From Hemiscyllium ocellatum (Eukaryota), in assembly GCF_020745735.1 (NCBI RefSeq), contig NC_083431.1:31958496-32022495 (forward strand): a stretch of DNA of 64,000 nt, in the 5' to 3' direction. This document shows, one piece after another, positions 36,751-50,250 of the stretch; the stretch's first letter is position 1, and each line of letters begins with the position of its first letter. The notes under the pieces were generated by a model. That model was given only the letters and a program-made list of their open reading frames with translations. It was not told the DNA's origin and did no database searches. The translations under genes and the position numbers were made by a program.

Positions 36751-38546
36751 CAGCTTCCATAAGTGACTTTCGCAGAGGTCAGCAATGACAGATTTCTCAG
36801 CTATGATATTGCAATACAGCATACACCATTTCTCCAGAAAGTAAGGAAAGTTTGATTTTTGTTCACTGGTTAGGATTCAGAAAATGCCAGTGAGTTGTTA
36901 CTGCAGAAATTTTTCCCTTTTGCTGAGGTATTCCCTGGAGCCCTTTATCTGGCTATTACTGAGGTACTCTGTGAATAGAGATAATGGAAAAGAAAGCAAA
37001 ACTGCCACACATTTCTCGGCTCAGTATTTACGTGTTCTCTAGAGGAATATGAGTGTGTTTTTAAGCATTGCTAAGTATTAGCAAATGCAGTGTGCCTCTG
37101 AGGATGCGACCATGTGTTCATAATCCCCTCATGTCAGCTGGATCCTCAGCTGAAACATTGGAACAGAATTCAGGTGTTTTGTTATGGGACTGTTGGGCAA
37201 TTGGTTGGGGATCATGAATCTAAGAATGAGGAAACGACACCAGGTGAGTTGCATATGGTTCATATTTCTTGGGGGAAGTGGAAGTGCTGGATTGTCGAGG
37301 GAGTGGCAATAGCAGTCAGTGGCCCACAGCCCCTGGTCTACTGCAGGCTCAACAACTCAACTGCTTGATTCAAAAATTCAAGCAAAGCATCCTATTTCTG
37401 TCTCATTGTAGTAACTGCAGAGAACTTAATTAGAGATTCAAGAGGTTGTTGATTCTTGTGTTAGTGATATGATGTTGTAAGTAGGCTTTGTTTATTTATG
37501 TCAGGGCCTAGCTTTGGGAATGGCCAAGGGACAGTGTGGGGTGGTTGGGTGTTGGAGTGTTGCTGTTAAATTGACTGGAATTGGGCTCACTGGATTTCTG
37601 CAGTTGAACAGAGATGTGCAATGTACGACAGGAAATAGGAAGAGAAATTTGAAAAAAAACTTTCTTAAACAAGTCTGGAGAACTTAAGATAGCTCTACGG
37701 TTCATTAATCCAGGATTTTCCAAGATAGTGTTTATTTATTTCAGCCTATGCATCACCTCAAATTACTGCACTCGTATGGGTAAGATGTAGAATGTTCCTC
37801 AATCCTGCATCTGATGCAAATTGTTTTTAGTTCCCTGGTTAATAGAGAGAGTGTGCTGCATATTCCTTGTTCAATGTACTCATCATGTTTGCACAGTTTT
37901 CAAATCAACAGTGTAGAGGACCTCTTTAGTTGCCAGTTAAGTAAAACACAACTTACAGCAACATGGTGTGGGAGCTGATCTTTAGGGGGAATAATAACTT
38001 TAGAGCACTTTTTCACGGATTCTAGGATTAGACTTCCCTATCTTTAAGGTAGCATTTCTGAATGTAAAATTATTTTTCTTTTCTATGACAGTAGATTGGC
38101 TCTCTTGACAATAATGCTGCATGACTGGATCATTGAGACTTGAGGCTTCCCTTCATTAAGTGTTGACTGACTGGAGCCTTGCTCTAAATTACTGGCAGAC
38201 CAGATTTGTGGGGCTGAATGCCTTACACATCTTCCTCTGCTCCTATGTTTGAGTTGAGAACTATTCTTAAAATCACGTGTAAAAATGATGTGATTAAATC
38301 AGTTTCTTAGAAGTATAATGGGCAGGCATTGACTCTCTGTGACCCCTGTAGAGCTATTTTACCTTCAACTCCCACTCGACCAATTGTTGCAATGTTTGTA
38401 TGGGTGCACCAGTACCAAAAGAGTAAGGGTATCTTGGACACCTGACCCAAGTGATTGTTCTTTGTGTATGAGCTCGGACACAGCAGCAAGTCTTTTCTCC
38501 ATGGAGGATGACACGCCTTCCAAGTCGTGTTCCTTTGTCACATAGG

Positions 38547-38895
38547 GGAGGCGACACCCTCGTGGTATTATCATTTTCTGTTGATTCAAAGACCCAAGTA
38601 ACATTTGGAGGACCTGGGTTTGAACCCTGTCACGACAGATGGGGGAATTTGAATTAAATATAAATCTGGAATTAAGGGTCTAACATTGACCATGAATCCC
38701 ATTGTTGACTGTTAGAAAAACTCTTTTTACGAATGTTCTTTAGTGAAGGAAACGGTCAACCTTATCTGGTCTGGACTACATGTGACTCCAGATCCATAGC
38801 AATGTGGATGATTCATAATTACCCTCTGGGTAATTAGGAATGGGCAGTAAATGGCGCCTCGCCAGGTATGCCCTCATCCCATGAATGAACATTTA
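38547..38895 (+). mobile_element. tRNA-derived SINE sharing its 3' tail with the CR1/L2-type LINE above
   Basis: Head gtggtattatc...ctgggtttgaaccc; tail aattaggaatgggcagtaaatg...catcccatgaatgaa matches the LINE tail at ~48605-48660. Confidence 0.75.
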
Positions 38896-39899
38896 AAACA
38901 ATTCACAAATGTATGCATTTGAACTGGGACGGGAATACAGACTCTGAGCAGGAACATAGTTCGGAACACTGGGACTAGTTGCACCAATCTGTCTGAAATC
39001 AGCATAAGTATATTAGTAAAGATTTATGTTTGGTAGTGGGAGGTTGAAATTATTTCAAACGTACATCTTGCAAACCGCAAACTAAAATGACCAAATGAAA
39101 AAAAATTACCAACCCATGCAAAAGAGACAAAAGTGAATTGACATAGAGTCATAGAGATAGACAGCACTGAAACAGACCCTTCGCACATGGTACGTAAAAT
39201 AGGAACTTATACTTGAAATTGTTGCTATACTGCAGACAGAGGAGCACAGAATTCTTATGAGGTGAAGCAAATCACTCACTGGAAAAATCGGTTTTCCTGT
39301 TTAGCAGGAAATGAATCGGGAACTCTCGTGTGTTTTCCCACTCGTGGCCAAACTGTGAACCGAAGGTGTTATTAATTAGTTAGTTGCAAAGGAACTCTGG
39401 AGAGCTGCGCCATTAGGATTCGTGAGCTGAAGGGGAGTGTTGTGCACTCAAAAGCATTTCTGTTGCCCACCCTAATCTCTCTTTGGTCCTTACAAATGTG
39501 GCGCAAAGTAGCTCCAAAGCTTCATGTTATTTGTTATTGCAGAGTAAGGCAGGAGTGCTGTTTATCAGAGTTTTGATTTCCTAAGTTTCACAAGTATCTT
39601 TAACAATTCTTCCTCCCTGTGTCGATTTCTTCTGCACCTCTGCTTGTAACCATCCTTTGTGTCTGACCATGTGATATCAGTCTCTTAATGTTTTGTTTGG
39701 TGATGTTTCCAGGTTGAGGGTTGCCAGGGACAATAAATTTTTTTTACAATTAATGCAAATTCTTAAAAATCCTTTTAATATATTCTTAAAGGCCATTACA
39801 GATTGCAGACCTTTTTTAAAAAAATGTTTCTTTTCTAACAATGTAGTTTCTGGGTGAAATGTTGTCATATCTCAAAATGAACACATCAATTTTCAGCTC

Positions 39900-40045
39900 C
39901 TTTGCAGTTCTGAAGAAGATTCATATGGGACTGAAGCCATTAATGTTGTTTATCTCTTCATAAACGATGCCAGATTGACTGAATTGTTTTTCTGGCACTT
40001 TTGTTTTTTTTTAGTTCAGATCTCTCGCATCCCCTGTACTTTATC
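39900..40045 (+). mobile_element. Ancient PLE 3' terminus relic (hammerhead-like CTGAAGA)
   Basis: cagttctgaagaag...gatgccagattgactgaa...ttcagatctc...gcatc parallels the family C terminus at 18180-18270. Confidence 0.45.
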
Positions 40046-43000
40046 AAAAGGAAACAGTTGAAGAAGAGGTATGGATGACCTTGGCTGCTTTTTCGGTTGT
40101 TTCAGAATTGCTGTTTCAATTCTACAAACCTGTAAGATTAATAGATTCAAATCAGATACTGTGAATCAATAAGGGGAAAGTGGAGAGTGAAAAAGTGAGT
40201 GAATTGAAGCAATCAGTTGACTTGTGATACCTGATGTTTTGTGCATACCGTCAAATATAACTCTTGTCCTAGCAAAGATGGTACAGTTACAAATTTAAAC
40301 AGTGCTTAGGGGGAATTAAAAATCAAAATAGGATGCTACGTCACAATAGGAGTTACTAGAACAGATGAGTAAAATTTTGATCAACAGATCTAGCTTGAAA
40401 GAGTGTCTTTAAGAGACGATAGCGAGGTGAAAGGTGTAAGGCTATTCAAAAGACAAAGGTTTAAATAACTGAAGGCACGACCACCAATGGTGGAGCAGTT
40501 ATAGTGAAGGATACTTTGGTGGCTTTTTTGCAAATTGGTTATCTGTTCCCTTTTATTGGATCTATAAACCAAACACTCAAATTTTCTGAATGACTGTTAT
40601 AATGAAGAGATTACTGAACATGATTTTATTTATTGCAACTTTTGCTTTAACCTTAATCAGAATCAATGTGAATTAAATGTGAACTGACAGGTTAATCATA
40701 GTCAGCATGAAGCATAAATTACAGATGGAATTTGCAGATGCAATAGAGTCTATCTTTTGGGGTCAGTAAGCAGCCTATTCTGCCTGAATGACCCTGGTTT
40801 GAGTCACAATGTTCTTCCACGCACAATCTCGGTCCTCCTCTTTGAAAAATGTTGTCGATACTCCACAGACCATCTGCCCAAATAGGGGTTTTGCCCGTGT
40901 ATTCTTTACAAACATGGAACATTTCTTTCTGGATGCTAAGTGGAGCTCTTGGCTACATTTTAAACATGTGTTAGACTGAGGTCCACCCAAGGCACAATCG
41001 TCATAAACAAAAAGTGATAAGGTTTCAGCACTACTTAAAGTTCTTCAACAAACGAAGGCTTGTTAAAATCACACTTTAGGGCCCAGTTTTGGCCTTATCT
41101 CTTGGCAAATTTGGATAAACTAAGCAGCCATCAGCATTGTCCTTTTAGAATTTGGTTTCTGTATTCTACAATATGTTGTTTGATCTGTCTGATTTTTTTC
41201 AGGTAAATGCAAAATTCACTTACGTAGCCTGAGTTCACCTCCCAACGATACTAACAAAATAAACTCAAATTCATAAATAGTTAAGTTGTCAATGTCAGTT
41301 GACACTAAAATCAGCTAAACTCAAGCCTTTCAGTATTACATAACTGTAACATGGCACTTATTGGTTTGTGTTTATTATTATCTTGTAAATTTGTGCCTTT
41401 CCTGTAATCAGAATCTCCCCACTTGAGGTGGATGTGTTCAAAAGAGGCATTATAATCCATGTGTTTCAGGAAAAGTAGACATGTAATATAAAGGTGTATT
41501 AGATTTTTAAAAAAATTTAAGATTATGTCACCGTTTGTGGAGCTGAAATGTTTTTAACTTAAATAAAATGTAAATATTATAAAGTGATATGTGGATCTTG
41601 TCCAACCCAGATTTACATTTTATTTATTTTTGTGAGCTTCAGTGTTTGCAAACCAGATGCAAAATGTTTCTTACAGAAAATGAGCAGAGCCTATACTGTT
41701 GAAAGTTAATTCCTTTACAATCCCACTCATAAACCAGCCTTATTGGATAGGCTTTATCAGTGTTGGAAGAATTCCACCTTGTCTCAGCATTAAAGCTGTG
41801 TCTTTATAGATACAAGACAAGTTTAGTTTCTGAACTACAATTAGTGGGGAAAAAAAGATATATAAAGCTCCCAAATGATACTGAGTTAAGTGAAAGCATA
41901 TGAGGCTTGTTTGGAGTGGGAATTAATGGTAATGTTCAAAGTGTGTCACCTTATGGGAACACTGGCAGACACATGAGGTATTTTCAGTGTGAGGAAAACT
42001 GACTACTCTATTTGGAATATGTAAAATCGTCCAGCCATTCCACATAGTATGCATGCTTGAACATTTTACATGTGGAATAGCAGTATAAAAGATGAGTAGA
42101 TCAAAGACTGCATTCCTTTTCTCAAAAAAAGTCTTTTTCTGAATCTCTCGCTCCTATAGAATCTCGGCGCAGCAGTTATGGATCTTCAGTTTATCAGGAA
42201 GATTTGTTTATAGACTATCTACACAGCTTGAACAATGCCTGTGGATTGTCTATAGAACTAAACCTACCCCAAGGATGAGCTGGCCAACAGCCAAATTTGG
42301 GTTTCCTCAGCAGGGGTGTGCTATGTGCGCGTGTGTGTATGCCCCAATTAACAGAGCTCCCAGGGATAAGTACATCTGCTTCCTTTGTTTTGTTTTTGGT
42401 TTCTGCCTGGTATGGATCTTTTTTGCTCCTTAACTTGCTCAGCCTCATCGCATGCTCGTTCACTCAAAGGGCATGTGTTGTTTGCAGATTTGTGCTTTAC
42501 CCCATGGTCAACTTCCTGCATTTACACAATTGCATCTACACTTGCTGCAGATTGTTGGATGAAATGAAACTCTCTTCTGAGGCATTTCCTTCCTTGGCCC
42601 TAATCTCCATGCAGCAAAACACAGCGGAAATCAGCTTTTCATGAATTGCCTGCTTTTATCACTGCAGTACAGTTTAAAAAAGATCCATACGAGGAGCAAT
42701 TGAGAAGAATGGGAGTTGTTTTTAAACCAGAATCTCAGTAACCAGAACCTGACATCTTCATGTATCAGAGATGATGTAAGCCCTCTGTGTATAATTAAGC
42801 ATGTGATCCAAAAGTGCAGTTCTAAGACTTTCTCACTGTTCAGGCTGGTGTCATCTTAAGATATTTCAGTAGCTAATCCTCATAAACAGTTGGAGTTTTA
42901 GTCTTTATTGAGCTCTGACTGTTTAGAACATGGCACATGTACAGCATTTTTTTTTAAGGTCAGAACATTTTCAATGATTCAGTAATTTTACTTACATTTC

Positions 43001-44489
43001 AGGCAAGTGCATCATAAAAGCTAGCATAACTGTGTGCAGGCAGTTTGTCAGGGCAGATTGGAATTTCTCTTTATAATGCTCCCTGTTGCCCACTTTCTTA
43101 AACGTTCCATTGTATCACATTATGACATCACAGAAAGACAAAAATGATTACAGTGCAGAATGAGGCCACTCAGCCAATTATGAATGCACCAGCCCTTCAC
43201 ACGGGCATTATTACCTTGTGCCAAACTCCTGCTTTTACTCCCAGACCCTTTCACACTATTTCTCCTCATATAATCATCTACTGCCATTTAACTATCCTGG
43301 AGTGTCTATACTCCACTTGATCTTAGAGATGTCAGGTAGGGGTAATAGTAAGGAGCATTGTTATAGTAATATCTGGAAATGGAGCCTGACATAATTGTGA
43401 TAGGGAATATGCACAAATTGTTGCTGATTGGGTCACTGCTTCCAACCAACATTTTCACCATTCTAAATGAAATGGCAGCATAATGGCCACTGTATCAACA
43501 AGTGTTTCAATCTTGGCCTGAAACAGTTGCCATTCTTTCATTAAATACTTGACTACTTAAGTGTTTAATGTCAGGGATAGCCTCTGCAGAGTTTAATTTA
43601 TTCAGCCCTTATCCTGCTGCATTTGGTAGCAGTGGCGGTGTCTGGAGGATAGTGGTAATCACATAAAGCTGGTCTACTACATGTACGTTGGGAGGATATA
43701 GTCAAGTGAATAGTACTTTATCACTTTGGTGTTTCAAAACTGAGTCAGTTCCCAAATATTAACTTCTTCAACCCCATTATTCTGTCTGAAGGCAGGTTCA
43801 CCTCATAATGCCATGATCTTCACCCTGGATACAGCGAGGAGATAATTTGTGATTTTATCCTAATTGGAATGTGGATCAAGCCCTGTTGGGGTCAGTCTGA
43901 GTGAATCTGGCCCTCCGAAAAGTCAAACTTCTCTGTTGCTGAGGATCATAAAGGAGGAATGCATCTAGTACTCTCTTAATTGGTATGATCATGAGTTAAT
44001 AGGACCAGTCTCAGTTGGTTATTTTACAACTGTATGCATGCAGTACAGACTGTAGCCTGGAGCTATGGGAGGTGATGTCAAAGCCTCCAATTTTCTTTCC
44101 ATCATGTTGTTATAGTATGCCATTGGCAGAAGTTGGAAGAATTTGCAGATTTATGTCATTCTGTTTTGGCACATAATGGACCTTCCTTGGCTATCAGGCC
44201 CTAGAGTGGGGCTTGAACTTGGAATCTCTGACTCAGAAGCAAGGGCACTACTTACTGGGCACAAGACATCCTGAAATACCAACTGCTTTCCTTGCTTAAT
44301 TGATGCTTTCATGAGCCAAAGTCCATTGAAATTTGAGCTTTATGATATTCGAGTGCTACTATTTGGAAGATTGCCATTCAAGATGACAGAGTGACAGCAT
44401 TTCCCACAATGATGGCCATTTTAGACACCTGAAGATTACTTGCAATGTTCATGTGCAATATAGTTATAACAATATATTATGAAATTCCA

Positions 44490-45800
44490 TTCGACAAAAG
44501 TAATCGTGCAGAGTCAACATAGTTTTGTGAAAGGAAAATAATATACAACCAATTTTTATTGGATTTCATTTGAAGAAGTAATATGTGCTGTAGATAAAGG
44601 GAAACCATAGGGTGCACTGTTCTTATATTTTCAAAAGGTATTTGATGAGGTGCTGCATTAAATACTATTGCAGAAAATTGTGGTATAGGGGTTAAAATAT
44701 TGACATGGATAGAAGATTAACGGCTAATATGAAGTGGTAGGCATAAATGGGTAATTTTCTGTTTGTCAAGATGTAATAAGTGGTGTGCCACAGGGATCAG
44801 TGGTGGAGCCTCAACCTTTTACAATTTATCTAAAATTACAAAAATGGCAATAAAGTTTAGATTTGTGATAATGGATGATTTCCAGCATGCTGAAATAGTT
44901 GAGTGGAAAAGTTAAGTAAAAGGACCAAAGAAATTGATTTCTCACTTTGAACCCACAGAGAGAATTTACATTGAGACCTATTAATGGGAAATTAACCAAA
45001 GTAGATGAGAGAGATAAGGGAACATTCATACAGTAGTGACCGCATACAGTATGCTTTAAGGTATTAATTGAACTGGACATCAGCATGAGACAGACCAAGG
45101 TAATACATCGGACAAAAAGTACTTTTGAGGGGCTGAGAACAGAACTGGAAAGGTCAATGATTTTGAGCAGCATTGGGGAAGTTTTTAAAATGGTGGTTTA
45201 CAAAGTCAATAAAAATATATCCTTTTAAAAAAAAACAAATACTTGTGAGACATCATAGATCAGGAAAGACAATAAGGAAAGAGGAATACATAAATACATG
45301 TGGAGAGGATAGTATGACAATTGAGAATACAATGACCTTTGAAGGAAAGTCACATACACGAAGCAAGTGGAAGTGAAATTATCAAGAAGCATTAACAAAA
45401 TTAAGCCATTCAAACTAAAAGATGATTAAATCCATCTCCAAAATGGGTTACACCCACATATTTTAAAAGAATGTAGAGAAGAGATAGCAGAGTCACTGTC
45501 ACATGTATTTAAGAATTTGTTAGGAAAAGGTATAGGTTCTGAATAGTGGTGTATCGCCAAATATATTTAATAAAGATGATAAGACAAACTCAGGAACTGT
45601 AGACCGGTCAGTTTAATATTAGTGGTAGGAAAAAAACGGTATAGTTCATATTAAAAGAAAAAAGTACGAAATAATCTGAAAATTCTGAATAAAAGGGAAA
45701 GCCTTGCTTGATCAATCTAATTGAATGCTTTGAAGAGGTAACACCGAGCAGAATGTAATGGATGTAATTTATCTAAATTTTCAAAATGCCTTCATTTTTG
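44490..45800 (+). mobile_element. Decayed CR1 RT fragments
   Basis: SQHSFVKGK, FQKVFDEV, SGVPQGSV and CRPVSLILVVGK relics. Confidence 0.7.
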
Positions 45801-47249
45801 TCACAGTAACTTTTGCCTAACTAGAGATTAACATGCTTCAGGAAACATTGCAAAGAATCCCTCTATGAATTTAATATTTCACACAAATATAAAGAAGAAC
45901 CCATTTACAGTTTCCAAAAGAAAATTAATGTTGGTTATCAACAAACATCTAAACAGCATATGGACTATTAATTGCCTGCTCTACAGAACTCATAATATCA
46001 AAGAAAAATTGTTTAGAAGCTTTATTGTCAGCAGCTTTTATCGAAAATGTTCTGTGAACTATTTATAATACTTGTAAGATAGCCAACTACAGTTTGGCAG
46101 TGTGTATCTGATTTGCCCATAACCACCAGTCAATAAATTACTGGCTTCATTTTCTTTATAATTGTCAACAACTGTACAGCCTCTCCATTCTCCAAACACA
46201 AAAGGAACAACAAAGCAAACCCTGACCAGAATCTTTTAACTTTTCTCCATAACCTAATCTAGACTTACATGGCACGCAAACTGAGGTATATCCTGCTCCA
46301 TAAAAACTGCCTCCTGCTTTACTCCAGCTTACCCTATTATATTACATCCGTCTGTTCATTTCCCCCTTGTTATTTTCTTGCACTGAGGCGACGAACAGGA
46401 GGGAGCAGCTGTTTCCCTGTTCCACTATCTGATTTTTGTGTATAATTTCCTTCTCAGTGTGTTGCCCTTCTCTTGCTGCCCCATTGACGTGTCATAAAAA
46501 TGCCTCTTATATTCTGTTGAATATGGTAATTGGGAAAGGACTGCTGAATAACCCAGTTGTGTATTTGACATGATTAAGCAGGTAATAAGGTTATAGAGAT
46601 AATCAGTATTTCCATAATAGCAGGCTAAAATGAGTCATAATTTTGATTATTGTTGACTTTATGATTAAACTGTTCATCATGATTATCATTTGTCTGACAG
46701 TGATTACAGTAATTTTGAATTCTGCTCATCTGCTGTACAAAGAGTGGCCTGTACCAGGGGGAGAGAAGCCTTTTCTAAGCTATTCATGAATGTCCCAAGG
46801 CTCCAATATTCTGACGAGCCCTTTTTTAAGCTGTTATAAAATGCGTATTATTAAACTAAAAGTAACGTTGTCGCTTCACATTTGAATTTGTATAATTATT
46901 TCTTTCTGCTACTTTTAAAGTGATAGTCATTTATTTATTGTGAATCCCAGGGAGAGTTGAGAGTGGGGTATTGGTATATCGATGTGTGGTGCAGCTTTAG
47001 TGTGATTAATAATGTAGCTTGTTAGCAAGGTAAATTTTCCTTTGAAAGCAGAAAAGTCCAAACCATGATCAAGGGAGTAATTTACGCTGAGAATGATATT
47101 CTCTCTCGAGGACTTAGGGAAAATATCAATATTGGAAAGTGAAAGCTGCTAGAAATTCTGAGCCAATTACTAATGTCCTTTAGGGAAGAAAATCTGCCAT
47201 CCTTCCTTGGTCTACATGTAACTTCAAACTCTCACCTGCAGGAACCAGT

Positions 47250-48005
47250 ATTGTCAGCCATTTCCTGATAATGGAGTGAATCAAATTCGTTGAAGACTTG
47301 CAATTGTGCTTGCTGAGGACCAAGGGAGGAGACTGAGATGGATCATCCATTTAGCACTTCCAGCCAAAGACAGATTATAAAAGCTGATGCCTTTGCGTTT
47401 TTAGCAATGTGCTGAGATCCCCTGTAATAACTCAGGAAGCCTGAGTGGAAAGGAACATCATTTCTTATTGAACATCAAAATAGAATTCTTTCTCATGGCA
47501 TACATAGGCTAGTCCTAGCCCGGGCCAGATGGTTCTGCTGACCCATCCCTGGGATTGCTTTATAAAGTGCTCGGGTGATGAGTTCTAGTTAGGCAGGCCA
47601 TTGCTTGTTACCAAGGGAATGCTTACTCAACAAGCTACACAGGGAGACTAATGTTTGATACCTCATGGTTCTGAAAGGGATTATCACATCCTCCATCATT
47701 ACGGATGGGGATATTTGTTGTGCTTTCAGTTCCTCTTAGTTGGTGAAGTTCCCATCACTATTCATGACAAGATGTGGAAGGACTGCAGAGTTTACTTGTA
47801 ATTCTTTGGTTGTGACATTGCTTAACTTTGCATATTGCATGCTGCTTGTGCTGTTTGGCATGTAAGTAGTCCTGTGTTGTAGCTTCACTACATTGACACC
47901 TCATTTTTAGGTGAGCTTAGTGCTGCTCCCAGCCTGTCCTCTTGGATCTTCATCGAACCAAGGCTGATCTCCCAACTTAATGGTTATGGTAGAGTTGGAG
48001 ATGTA
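47250..48005 (-). mobile_element. CR1/L2-type LINE ORF2 fragment, interrupted by a solo LTR
   Basis: gtagtcctgtgttgtagcttcac...gacacctcatttttagg; sequence is collinear on both sides of the 47423-47688 insert. Confidence 0.6.
47423..47688 (-). mobile_element. Probable solo LTR (266 bp)
   Basis: TGTAATAA...TTATCACA termini (TG...CA with short inverted repeat); flanks tcccc/tcctc; internal TTTATAAA; interrupts a LINE fragment. Confidence 0.62.
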
Positions 48006-48009
48006 TTGG

Positions 48010-48660
48010 GAATATTCGCTCATGATTTAACAAAGTTTCACACCATTCATGACTCCTTAGATACTGAAGCAGCCTGTCTCCAATGCAACAAGACCTGGAC
48101 AACATTCAGGCTTGGGCTGATACATGGCAAGTAACATTCATGGCACACAAGTGCCAGCTAATGACCATCTCTAACAAAAGAGAATCTAACCATCTCCCCT
48201 TGATGTTCAAAAGCATTACTCTTACTGAATCTGCAATAACAACATTCTACCAACAGACCACGACCCTTTCACCACCTTAAGCATTCACTCTCTTCATCAC
48301 ATGGCACAATAGCAGCAGTGTGTAAGATCTATAAGTTGCACTGCAATAAATCATTAAGGCTCCTCCAACAGCACCTTCCAAACCTGCAAACTCAACCACC
48401 AAGGAAGATGAAGACAATGGGAACACCACCACTTGCAAGTTTCTCTCCAGTTCACATATCATGCTGATTTGGAAGGAGCTCTGTGTTCTTTTACTGACAC
48501 TGGGTCAAAATCCTAAAACTCCCTTCTGAACAATTTTGTGAGTATCCCTCCAGCTCAAGGACTGCAGTAGTTCCAAGAAGGCATCTTATCCCCACCTTTC
48601 CAAGGCAATTTGGGATCGGCAATAAATGTTGGCCTAACCAGGAACTCTCAAATTCCGTAA
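48010..48660 (+). mobile_element. CR1/L2-type LINE RT C-terminus and 3' end
   Basis: ORF 48083 MQQDLDNIQAWADTWQVTFMAHKCQLMTIS is the classic post-ADD RT segment. Confidence 0.85.
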
Positions 48661-49969
48661 ACAGGTTTTCAAAAAGAAATGTCAGCGTCTGAAATTTTTT
48701 TGTGCAGCCTTTATCCTGAAGTCTTGAAGATGTCAAACTCCAAACTGTAATCTCTCTTCCTCTTTATCAGTCTCAGAATTTCAGAATTTTTCTTTTACAG
48801 CATTTGTGCCTGCTTTCTGAGAAACTTGTCACAAGGGAGGAGCTGTTGTAATTTCGGTGATACCTGCAAATTATGACTTCCATTTTTCATCTTGAAATAT
48901 TCATGTGTAACAATAAACAAACCTGACACGGTACCTAGCTGCTTCATGTAATTTGATATTGTTTATTGTTAGTTCACGTTTCTATTCATTTTAGTGTGTC
49001 AAAGTATTTCTGATTACAGGCCAGTTATAGAATAAATGGTTTCAAAAATCAGATTACTCAGGAGTTCAATAAACTAGATTTTAAGGACAGATGAATGAAT
49101 ACCTAACTCCATCACTAAAGGATGAAGGCAAACAATTTTGACACACTTTATTAAGCCGAAAACAACATGCTTGCATTGTAGAGTAATGCAATTAGCTCCC
49201 TGTGCAGCACTGCTCAAAGGAGCCATCAATATGGTTTTTTGTTGCTATGATGTGAAGTAATTGTTAAGTGTTCGACCAAGGCTGTTCAAGATGCCACTTT
49301 AATTGGATGCTTTAGCATGGACCTCTTTTGACCTTAGAAAGGTTACTTCTTTTGCATGACAGGAGGCTAATATATCTGCATAAGTTTAAATTCTGTCTTG
49401 TACATGGGATGATTCTGAGTTGTTTCTTGCCAGCTTGAAATCACTAAACAAAGGCAATAACAAAACTTGACATTTTGCAAAGTAATCGTGGCCTCCTATG
49501 CAAAGTTTCAGGTATGTCTGTGTTTGAAGCAGGAAAGACTACATAAAGACTTACAGACATAAAAAGCACTGGGACAAACACTGCACAATAAAGACTGGGA
49601 TCTGTGTACATGCTCCGTACAATGTGAAAGATAGCCCTCAGACCTGAGTATACAGTATGCAATTGGCACTACTGACCCTCTGGCCACTTAATTAATTGTC
49701 TAGCCTTTTCTCTCCAAAAATGAGAAGAGAATCATTTTGAATTGCTGTTGAAGTTCTTTTTGGTTTGTTACTCTGGTTTGTACTTGAGTGATAATACTAC
49801 TTGTTTTTACATCTTTCTTTGGTTTTATTTGCTGAAATGGGCAGGCTCCAAGGATTAACAAAGGGATGCAATAAATGATTTTGAAGTTTAATTAATGGTT
49901 GTGTTTATTGTGAATGTCACTACCAGATGGCATAGTGCCTATGCATGTGCAGGAACCCTGGTTTTCAGT

Positions 49970-50250
49970 GCTATGTTTAGGCTTACACTCTCTAGAGCTT
50001 AGAAGGATGAGAGGAAATCTAATTAAGGTACTAAAATGCTAAAAGGGATTGACGAAGTCAATGTAGAGCAGATATTTCCCATTGTGGGGCAATCTAGAAT
50101 GAGTGGTCATAGTTTTAGGATAAGGGTAGTGGATTTAAAACAAAGATGAGGAATTACTTCACTCAAAGTGGTTTGAGCTGATGGAATTCACTATTCCAGA
50201 GTGCAGAGGATGCCAGCACATTGAACAAATTTAAGGAGGAGATAGACAAA
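49970..50250 (+). mobile_element. CR1 fragment
   Basis: LGLHSLELRRMRGNLI..KMLKGID...FPIVGQSR relic. Confidence 0.75.

Noticed and set aside
38310-38546. Coding-looking stretch after a TTTCTTAG acceptor
   Set aside because: Stops in the spliced frames, no recognisable homology, and interrupted by a SINE
42160-42644. Acceptor-like site followed by several short open frames
   Set aside because: No donor or homology identified; equally consistent with non-coding sequence
49915-49935. CTCF-like motifs (ctaccagatggca; also gtcactagggggac at ~59697)
   Set aside because: Imperfect matches expected by chance in 64 kb
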